DNA of 63,141 bases, counting the filler, from Licmophora abbreviata (taxonomy: Eukaryota), in assembly GCA_900291995.1 (NCBI GenBank). It is 12 parts of 12 records of this genome, joined end to end, with 100 filler letters (N's around TTAATTAATTAA, not from the genome) between each part and the next. Parts side by side here need not be neighbours in the genome. Positions count along the whole stretch, not along the records: positions 31,163 to 42,512 come from OLMU01004387.1; positions 42,613 to 45,834 come from OLMU01004389.1; 10 more parts are not named here. One strand, written 5' to 3'. Of the stretch, positions 33,916-42,725 are shown piece after piece. A model generated the notes under the pieces. That model was not told the origin of the DNA. It saw only the letters and a program-made list of their open reading frames with translations, and made no database searches. A program made the translations under genes and the position numbers. The first letter of the stretch is position 1, and every line of letters begins with the position of its first letter.

Positions 33916-36900
33916 TCAGTGACGCAGCTTAGCAAGCGCTTGAGTTCGAAGCTTTTCCATTGGATTCAGTCCCAAAAACTGGAAAACTTCGTACTCGATG
34001 CGCCCACTGTAGCTGACTTCGACCGGATGCATACGCACTTCGTTCCACAGTCCACCAAAAAGCGTCCTTTCGAGAATTATATCCTTCAGATCCTGGTCCT
34101 GGTAGTTGTCCTCGCCCTGAATCCACTGCATCCACTGGAGCATCTCGATCGACACGCACTTGCTCCAAACACGCGCCGCCGCTTGAATGCGGACTTCCTC
34201 ATCTTCCATCGTCTTGGCGATTGCCAATCCAATCATGGCATACCGGATGGCGTCCTCTTTGTCTGTTCGGGCAGCGTCGATTTTATCGATGGCCTGCAAC
34301 AAGAGCTTCTCGGGCGTCTGCAGAGGCGACTCGGACTCATCTTGGCCAAGCATTTCTTGGGCTCGGACTAGCTCTAGCTTGGCACTCACTGTCTTACGGC
34401 GCTTGCGTGGCAATGTGACTTTGGCCAAACTCAAGGCTCGCTTCGTGTCGGCCAACGACGCGGCGTCCATCGCCGCATCCATGAGCCAGTCGCCGGCTTG
34501 ATCGTACTCGCCACTACGGACGGAGGCGATCCAACGGCACCGGATCAGGCGACGGTCGGTGTCGCACTTTTTCTTGAGCACCTCAGGTGCGAGACGTCCA
34601 TAGTTCAAAACGTCCGCGTAAAGTCCCTTTTCGGTAAACCAATCGAGTACGAATGATGCAAACGAGGTGTCGTGTTGAAATGTGGCAAACAAGGGCTCCA
34701 GCTCAAAGCCGACGTCCTTACGGTGGTCCAGCGCCATCTGACACAGTCCCTCAATCCAACTGTGGTCGACCGCAAGCTGAAAGGCTAGATCATCATTAGG
34801 AATCTGTCGAATAAGCGAAATGCCAACTTGCTTTAAATCCTTGTACGACGCCTCAGACGATGGAGATTCGCCTCTCGATTCTCGATGCGACTGTAGCGCC
34901 AACGTGACAATGAGTTTCGTCTGCTCTTCCACGAGCGCATCCGCTTCATCCCACAGAACCTGTCGCAAGAGCTGCTGCAAGGCACCTTGTGTCGTCAGAA
35001 GCAAACGCAATCCCAAAGGCGGACCAGTGGTAGGATCCACAATGTCGTACTTGTTCTGTGCATAGTCTTGACGAAACGCGTCGGCAGCTTGCAATGCAAT
35101 GCAGAGGCCTTCGAGCGACGTGGCGTCGTTCGGAGAATGCCACTCCCGCAATTTCTGTGCCACAGCATCGGTCGGAAGTGCCGCATCCGTCTGACGGAGC
35201 ATCGCACGATGCACCGCAAGCTCTTGTCCAATGCCCAGCAACGTCCACCGCGCTCTCGAGGATGAGAGCGATCGATAAATGCCACCCTCTTGGAGCAACG
35301 TAATGAAGGCCAAGTGACATTCGAGTGGATTGGCATGATGCGGATGGACTTGCAGTTGCTTGGCCGTCTCCAATACGGCGCGTTCCAGCGGTCCAGCCTC
35401 TGCCATTTGCAAGGACGGAGGCAGTCGCAATTCTCCCCCTTCGCCATGTTGGTAGTAATGCCAAAAGGCGGATTGCAAATGACGCGTCAGCGTCTGTACA
35501 ATCACTGCATCGTCCGCCTCCGAGAACGATGCGACACTACGCTCGTCGCACTCCGCCCCATGGCAGCGACTCCGAATGCACAATCCAGTCTGCGCCAACC
35601 CCCAGCACCCATGCGTGACTACATCTCGTCCCAAGGTTCCTGGAACAAACCGAGGAACGTGAGTCACGGGTAAGTCCACCTCGTGCATACCATAGCTAGT
35701 AGCGGTGGAATCCATGCTGACACACGTGATAGGACCAATCCCATTTTCATATTGAAACATGGCATAGGTGGTGTGTGGTTTCGTACATACCAGTCCGACA
35801 CACGACACGTCGGGATGGAAGCGATTTAACCAAGCCGCGGATGCAAGAGTAAAGGATGGTGTAGTAGTAGTGGTATCGACAGTTCCGATGATCCAATAGA
35901 TGCGAGTCTTCTTGTAGCAAACAATCGCATGCAGTGTAGTCTCATCGACGGCACTCTGCAGTACTTGTACGGAAGAACGATGACGGCCCGATGCATCGCC
36001 ACTTATTCCTCCTTTTTCTTGTTGTTGTTGATCCAGCACGACGTCTCCCAGTGTCACAAGATGTGTTTCGACAAAGTTGCTGCTCGCGTTGTCACTACTA
36101 GAACCTGGAGATGATGCTGTCGTTCCTTGCCAGACTTCCACTAGACCAGATTTGGTTATACTGACAAAGGCGACCTTGTCGTTGTTCTTGCTGTTGTTAG
36201 TAGAGGCAACTGTCGTCATTGTGATGGACAAGGCGTGTACACCACAGACGGCATCCTCCACCTGTAACTGTTCGGATCCACTGGTCGTTCCAAACGACAA
36301 GAATCGTCCCATCCAACTACCACCATTACTACTACTCTTGCGCTCCAACTCGCTCGCATAGAGCATACAAGGCAGTGGTGTATGATAGCACCAAAAGATT
36401 CGATTGTGGGACGTTCCAAGGACAAAAGTATTGTGGTTGTGACTTGTAAGACATGTCAAGTGTTCGCCTTGACGCAAGTGCAAGACTAGTTTGCTGTCCA
36501 TGGTTTTGGGGAGCAGTGAGGGTGGCGCTGTCACGTTGAGTTTCCAAAACAAGACTAGACCGGTGGTGGGATGTGCTGTCAAGACGTGAAGAAAGTGAGG
36601 AGTGTGTCGAGAGGGTGAAGTAAAGGAGGAATGAGCTCCTCTTTTGGAAGTTTTAGTAGTAGAAGTGCTGCTGCTGCCGAGTGCGAGCAAAATGGAAGGA
36701 CGAGGAGCGGAGGAAGACGGTGAAGCGGCAGCAGCAGTAGGTGGTTGTTGCTGCAGGAGAAGACTGGGGTGAAAGCAGGCGTGCACCGTCATGGGTGGCA
36801 GAAAAGGTCCTCGATGTGTACTACTACTAGAAGTACTCGTAGTACCGGTAGTAGAAGTAGTAGTCGTCGTCGTATTGCTAGGATGACTCGGCGTCGCAGT

Positions 36901-37113
36901 AGTAGTAGTCGACCAAATGCGAATCTGATCTCGTCCATAGACAGCCACGTATCCATCATTGTCACTTCTTGCACCGACCACTGTAGTACTGCTTTCCGTG
37001 GCGAGGACTTCTCTCAAGACTTTCTTGGGTGCACACGAGACGACCGAGACGTCCCAAGGATTGTCTCGACTGGGACGAACCAATGCCGTCGTATCGGAAT
37101 CACCGGATGACAT
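33916..37113 (-). CDS. NUP133: Nucleoporin Nup133-like
   Basis: 1065 aa; beta-rich N-half and helical C-half with FASFVLDWF.EKG....L, RWIASVRSGEYDQA...L...A and TKRALSLAKV, matching the Nup133 C-terminal pattern. Confidence 0.68.
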   Translation of the reverse strand: MSSGDSDTTALVRPSRDNPWDVSVVSCAPKKVLREVLATESSTTVVGARSDNDGYVAVYGRDQIRIWSTTTTATPSHPSNTTTTTTSTTGTTSTSSSSTHRGPFLPPMTVHACFHPSLLLQQQPPTAAAASPSSSAPRPSILLALGSSSTSTTKTSKRGAHSSFTSPSRHTPHFLHVLTAHPTTGLVLFWKLNVTAPPSLLPKTMDSKLVLHLRQGEHLTCLTSHNHNTFVLGTSHNRIFWCYHTPLPCMLYASELERKSSSNGGSWMGRFLSFGTTSGSEQLQVEDAVCGVHALSITMTTVASTNNSKNNDKVAFVSITKSGLVEVWQGTTASSPGSSSDNASSNFVETHLVTLGDVVLDQQQQEKGGISGDASGRHRSSVQVLQSAVDETTLHAIVCYKKTRIYWIIGTVDTTTTTPSFTLASAAWLNRFHPDVSCVGLVCTKPHTTYAMFQYENGIGPITCVSMDSTATSYGMHEVDLPVTHVPRFVPGTLGRDVVTHGCWGLAQTGLCIRSRCHGAECDERSVASFSEADDAVIVQTLTRHLQSAFWHYYQHGEGGELRLPPSLQMAEAGPLERAVLETAKQLQVHPHHANPLECHLAFITLLQEGGIYRSLSSSRARWTLLGIGQELAVHRAMLRQTDAALPTDAVAQKLREWHSPNDATSLEGLCIALQAADAFRQDYAQNKYDIVDPTTGPPLGLRLLLTTQGALQQLLRQVLWDEADALVEEQTKLIVTLALQSHRESRGESPSSEASYKDLKQVGISLIRQIPNDDLAFQLAVDHSWIEGLCQMALDHRKDVGFELEPLFATFQHDTSFASFVLDWFTEKGLYADVLNYGRLAPEVLKKKCDTDRRLIRCRWIASVRSGEYDQAGDWLMDAAMDAASLADTKRALSLAKVTLPRKRRKTVSAKLELVRAQEMLGQDESESPLQTPEKLLLQAIDKIDAARTDKEDAIRYAMIGLAIAKTMEDEEVRIQAAARVWSKCVSIEMLQWMQWIQGEDNYQDQDLKDIILERTLFGGLWNEVRMHPVEVSYSGRIEYEVFQFLGLNPMEKLRTQALAKLRH

Positions 37114-37437
37114 GGCGCTATCAGTCAGACAGACAGTGCGATTAGACTTCCCTACAGAGCACTCTTGAAGCGATGCGATGAAGTCAATGCTGCAAAGACA
37201 TTCACATGTACCGCATCAAGTGTGTGTCGACGCCGTTTTACCATGATGTGGTTGGGGCGCCGGGGCACAGACACACTTTCATACTGCTCTCCAGTCGTAT
37301 ATCTCACACACGATGTCTACCTGACTGACACAGAAAAGGCAGAAATGCGCGCATCAGAAACGTTTTGCGCGCGCAGTACTGGTACGAAAAGATCGGACCG
37401 CACAAATCATTCAACATCATCGACGACGACGACGACC

Positions 37438-38479
37438 ATGAGGAGACTCCTAGCATCCACGACAACAAGAGCGTTCTTAGTAGTAGTAGGATCAATCCTG
37501 CTACTGTGTTTGCTTCCAAAGCCGTCAGAAGCTTTCAGTGCTCATGGTTCTTTCCTTTCCAACAAATTCCGAGTAAAAACTCGAACGACGACGCTCGTGA
37601 TGTTCAGCACGACATCAACAACACCACCACCACGACCATCCGAGAGCCGCATTCAAAGTGCAAAAGAGGACATCGACCCCGCGGTATCAAGGCACATACT
37701 TCCCAAGACGGTAGTTACGTCCTTGTTTGCCGCCATGATGATGCTAACAACAACATCGTCGTCCGTAGCGCACGCCTACAATTCGGGTGATTTTGCCAGT
37801 GACACGGTGCAGGCAGTCGTACAGTCCTTGCAACAGGCGGGCGGAAATACGGAACAGACCTTCAAGGCCTACGAGAGTATTGCGGATATCATTACGGAGG
37901 GAAGAGGTGTCGGTGGTTCCATCAATTATCGTGAGTTGTGATCCATCGCACTGTCAACTTGAGTATACTAGCTGCTACCACACAATGGCAGGTGGTGGTC
38001 GATTTGGAATATACAGTGCAAACAGCAACATGTCGCCGTCGTTCTCCTCTTACACTGTGTTCTTCTCTCCCTTATTTACGATTTTCTCTGCTTCAGAGGG
38101 CGTTCAGCTGGAACGAGGCTATGTTGCCGATGAAGACACTGCCATTTACAATCCCGGCTTGACTCTCCTCACCGAATCCGAAAAGGAACGATTGGTCGAA
38201 GCCATCGTTCAGTCTCGCAAGGCAGGACTTAGTTCCAACAATGGCTGGAGCGAAAACAATCAAGTGGCCTATGACTTTTTAAAGGAAAAGTTGGATCCAC
38301 TGCACATGCTCGAACTCAAGGGCTACCTTGGCATTGTGCCATTTTATGGTGCGGTATTGTACTTGGGAGTCTTGGCTGTGCAGCAGCTTTCGAGGGACCT
38401 CTTTGCGCCAGCCTATCTGGTGGCGGCAGGCTTGTTCTTTGCACCCATTCTAGCATTGGTGGCCTTGGGACCACAGTAA
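37438..38479 (+). CDS. Plastid (probably thylakoid) protein of unknown function with two C-terminal TM helices (2 exons: 37438-37930, 38097-38479)
   Basis: Signal peptide + SEA-FS, Ser/Thr/Arg-rich transit, second hydrophobic signal ending AHA; GTGAGT...TCAG intron joins INY-Q-GVQLERG in frame. Confidence 0.78.
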
Positions 38480-39236
38480 CGAGAGTGCAACGGCGAGATG
38501 CTCTTCTTGATTGATAACAGAAAGTATGAATGATATGGCGAGATACTCTTCTTGGTTGGCACAGGATATCAAAACAGAGCGACGTCATGATGAGCGACGG
38601 TGATGGTGTCCTTGTATGGTTCACAATTGTTTGCTATTCGTACCTCGTACGTAAATAGTGCTCGCACTGTAGTTTATCCTGCCGTTGTTCACCCCCGCCC
38701 TCATTCGCACCTGTGTGATGAATCCTTTTTGGATCATCATCGACGTCCCTGCCTCATCGCACTGCGGCTCACCACAAAAATAGTCGAGTGAGTCAAATTC
38801 TGGTAGTCGAGTGACTCAAACAAGAATCTCTCACAGATTTTGGTCGGCACGAGCACTTAGCATTTTCTAGCATTTCATACGCAGATTCTTCTAATTAAAA
38901 CGAAACATATGAGAAAGGAACGCTGGAAAATGCGCGGGTGTCTGAGATGCATCCCGCGCAGATGAGGGTGTCAGACATCTCTCGAAGCACAAAAGATCGC
39001 GTCGTTGTCAGTTTTGTTCTTTCACAATCTCATCCAAGCTGGAAGCAACCAGTCAACAAGCCAAGACCTCTACCTTCTTTCTGACATACCACATTCGACT
39101 TCTGTGTACGACACAGGTTCTTGAGTGTTGCGCGCTTTGGACGTACCGTCGGTCATCGTGTATACTTCATAGATTCGAAACTCGCCCGAAGGTCGAAAAA
39201 ACTTCTCATTCATTCACCGTATCTTTGTATTCCGCC

Positions 39237-42200
39237 ATGTCCTGTGCAACTCCAAAGTCCTTTTCGAGCATTGTCTTTGTGCGGGTTGGGAATGCCGAGC
39301 ATCTCGCAACACTTCTTCAAGACGACGACGGCGATGACAACTACGCAAGCGTCATTTGGCACTCCAGCGGCCGGCAAGAAACAGTGCTTCGCTCTAACGT
39401 GCTTCACACACTCAGTGAACTCCCGAAACTTCGTACTCGTGGACCATCGACCGTGAACTCTGATAAGGCAGCCACTTCTACCACCAAGCGCCCAGTCATT
39501 CCCGACTCAAAACCACCGGCGAAGAAATCGAAAAGGAAAATCTCGCGCACGGACACTCTGGAACAAGATCTGTTGACAGAGGATCCGCAGGATCCTTTTC
39601 TTGACACGGACGATGAGGATTTGTTTGATAATGGTTGTGATGAGTTAGCCTCCGGCTCTGTCGCGACGGAGCAGCAGACACTATTGAAGGCTGGAACGCG
39701 CATCAAGAAGGTAAGGATCGTGTTGGTAGGGCTCGTGGCTTATTTCGATTGCTTCCCAATTCATGCTAAGAGCGAGTTGTATTTCTGTTTTCAGTACTTT
39801 CCCCGTAGCAAGCGCAACGTCAAGGCTGGTTGGCACGAAGGTCTCATTCAAGAGGTGGCTGAGTGTCGTCAAGGACAGCGCTTTCGTATTCAATACGATG
39901 ATGGCCATGGTGAAGTCGTCAGGAACCGCGAGGGCATCGAGATCGTTGGGCGCAATCCATCCGTCACCGGAAGCGCTGATGATAGCGATGACGAGGACGA
40001 CTTGTTTCGTAGTGATTCGGATGACTGTGCGCCTGTAGAATGCAGTGAACAGTTCGTTGACTACAGTCACGAACCTCTCACCTTCGTTACGCCTCCCAAG
40101 CAACCCCGCACCAAGACGATAAGGCCTACCAATGTCTACCGATATGACGAGCCTGTTCCGATCTTTCAAGAAGAGACAGAGCGCGTCCAATACTTTTTGA
40201 AGTCATACTTTGGACACCGGCTCCATATTACCGAAACTTGTCTCGATGATGTTGACGAACTCGAAAAGACGATAGAAATCGACAATCGGGTCTACGAGTT
40301 GGTCGTCGCCAAAATGAAGAAGAACGAAGGGAGAAACGCAAAGTATGCCTCCTTCGAGAGAAAGATAGTCCGAGCTTACTACGTGGCAGCTGGTGGAAAG
40401 CTGTGCAAAGAATTGAGTAAGCTTGGCGACTTTACAGGCATCGGAGTGGCGGGGAAAATCGCCTCCAGACTAGAGCTTATGGTCTCGACTGCGGCCTGGG
40501 GACACAACCGCCATGATCCGTTGCAGTTTGAGCTGAAAGCTGGCGACTTTGAACTTATTCCGGAGAGGTTTCATGATGGGTGCGGATTCGCGCCCTTCTC
40601 GTTCTTCGAAACTTGCCTCGTCAGCAGCAGTATGGTACAGTCTACTGACGTACTCCAGGTACGAATCTTTGGGGCCAAGATAGGATGGTACAAGGGTCTA
40701 TTGATGAAGAAGCCCGGCATTGAAAAGATTCAGCTTCCGTGTTCAATGCGCAAAGTCGAGAAATCTCGTAGAAAGAACTCCTCAAACAAGGTGTTTTTGA
40801 TTGTGACTGGCTTGTTCCCATCCGAACAGTCCAAGATGGTTGGCCGATACCTCAATCCTTCTAGAGTCGACCCACCGGAACGTTGGCGCGAAAGGAACTT
40901 AAGAGGCTTAGAAGGATATGATATGTACTGGAATCTGTTGCGGTTGAATGGCGTACCCGAAGAAGTTATCAAGGATTACAGCGACAACTCTAGAGAATGG
41001 GAAAATCACAAGCACGCCTCACTTGTCGGGGTCGCCGATCCAAGTGCTATGCTACCGAGGGATACCGTTTTCATTTCTGGTTTTGGTACAGTCGCCTCGG
41101 ATGATCCTGGAAATATTGTAAGGTTGAGAGTTTTAGTATCTCGATTCCCTTGCACAGAGAAGGGCGACTTGGTTTGTCTTGACTGTATTCGAAGTAAACC
41201 ACCCGGTATGACAGACAACAATTGGGAGTTCTTCGAGCAGCTTTCGTTCGGTGCTATCGTGTTTGCCGCTCCAGGCGATGGAAAAGATCCTATTCCACAT
41301 CGCATTGCAGATGGTGATCTCGACGGCGACTTGGTGAGTCCGAGAGGCGGCAAGGTCACATTATGTCGAAACGTGTGCTAACCGTATTCCACTTTGTGGC
41401 TAAACTGCAGTACATATGTCTTTGGGTGAGAAGGTAGAAGCCGGAACTGTTCCTGCAAGAAGAATTTCACGCCTAACAGATTCTATTTTTCTCCACGTTA
41501 AACTTTCAGGACGAAGAGATCATGTCGTGCGTTGAGAACAGCAATGTAGCAGATGCTGCTCCACCGGAAGTTGAGAATGACGACCCTTTGCTTCGCTCCG
41601 GCTTTAAACTGGACGGGCGTTCCGTCGTCGTCATTAAGAAAGTGAGTGCGGAGGAGTATGAGGTCGAGCTGCAGAGTGATGGGACAACGATGACTATGAC
41701 GAGGGCGGAAATACTTGAGGGCCGTGACCATGTTGAAAAGATCTTGTCTCATAACGCATCAAAAAGGCCGGAGGTACTTGTCAAGTGGGCATCCGAAGAT
41801 GAGCCAATTTGGGGACACGTAAACAATCTGCGAGTGGAGATTGAATCTCAGTTGGCTCAATACGCAGTTGACAATGGTCTGCTTGAAACCTCGGGATGGA
41901 AGTGGGCATCAAGATATGTTTCAGAATCTGAGATGATGCAAATTGTGGACCATCGTGGCGTTGGGCGGGATATCGAGGTCAGCGTCTTTTTTGACGACGG
42001 GACGAAGGAGTGGAGGCACATAAAGCAGGTGAAGCAAGACGCAAAGGACTTGCTTGTCGAATACTGCAGAGAGAAGGGTTTGGAAGATGAGGAAGGATGG
42101 GACTGGGTCGTATCCTACTGTAATCGCATGAAGAAGAAGTGGTTTCAAACCGCGCAGAATTACATCGCGGATGCCAGAAAGCTCCGTGAACATGATCGGC

Positions 42201-42388
42201 TGACCTCCTCACTACACTCCGAATACAAGAAGAGCTGCCAGAAAGGCGACATTGCGTCCATGGAGGCGTTTGGACGGGCTTACAAGGAATCAATCGAAAT
42301 TCGGAAACACGGGGGCAAAGTGCATTTACGAAGTGCGTTGCACGCGAACATCAAAGAAAAGTGTCTAAAAAGCTATCTCACCGTGTGA
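39237..42388 (+). CDS. RdRP: Cellular-type RNA-dependent RNA polymerase with Tudor-like and tandem chromo-like domains (exons 39237-39710, 39795-41333, 41411-41425, 41510-42388)
   Basis: Ordered RdRP motifs LGDF..KIASRLEL..ST, FHDGCG, LQVRI..G.YKGLL, IQLPCSMRK, LVGVADP, VLVSRFPC..KGD, AIVF, ADGDLDGDL-YICLW-D; all introns GT-AG and frame-preserving. Confidence 0.88.
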
Positions 42389-42512
42389 GAGTAGGAACGA
42401 GACTTGGAGTTATCCCCTCACTTGGACAATTACATATAATGCATCTAAGACTTCACGAGCTAGAACTCGCGTAGTTGTACTCTCGCTTTCTTGTTTGAGG
42501 TCATTTCGCTTT

Positions 42513-42612
42513 NNNNNNNNNNNNNNNNNNNNNNNNNNNNNNNNNNNNNNNNNNNNTTAATTAATTAANNNNNNNNNNNNNNNNNNNNNNNNNNNNNNNN
42601 NNNNNNNNNNNN
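42513..42612. other. Artificial contig linker
   Basis: 44N-TTAATTAATTAA-44N. Confidence 0.98.
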
Positions 42613-42725
42613 ATGATAAAAAAGATCGCGGCACACATACACTATCCTCTCTCACGCAACACACCAAGAGCTTACGTCTATCGAAGGCGCTCCTCAAGGA
42701 CAAGCTGAAAAGACAAGAGTCCAGG

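Noticed and set aside
39711..39794. Hydrophobic segment VRIVLVGLVAYFDCF in the RdRP ORF as a TM helix
   Set aside because: It lies in an 84-nt stop-free GTAAGG...TTTCAG intron whose removal restores the Tudor-like RIKK|YFP motif
39237..41381. Viral RdRP or endogenous RNA virus
   Set aside because: Motifs are the cellular double-psi-barrel type (DLDGD), not viral GDD palm motifs, and the gene has spliceosomal introns
41729..42109. An LTR retrotransposon insertion at the chromo-like repeats
   Set aside because: No LTRs, integrase, RT or RNase H nearby; the repeats are in frame within a spliced host gene
13475..42388. An RNA-silencing gene cluster formed by EEP::Mut7-C, LARP and RdRP
   Set aside because: The RdRP is two linkers away on a different contig, so adjacency is artificial. 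Only EEP::Mut7-C and LARP are truly neighbours, and eukaryotic adjacency alone is weak evidence
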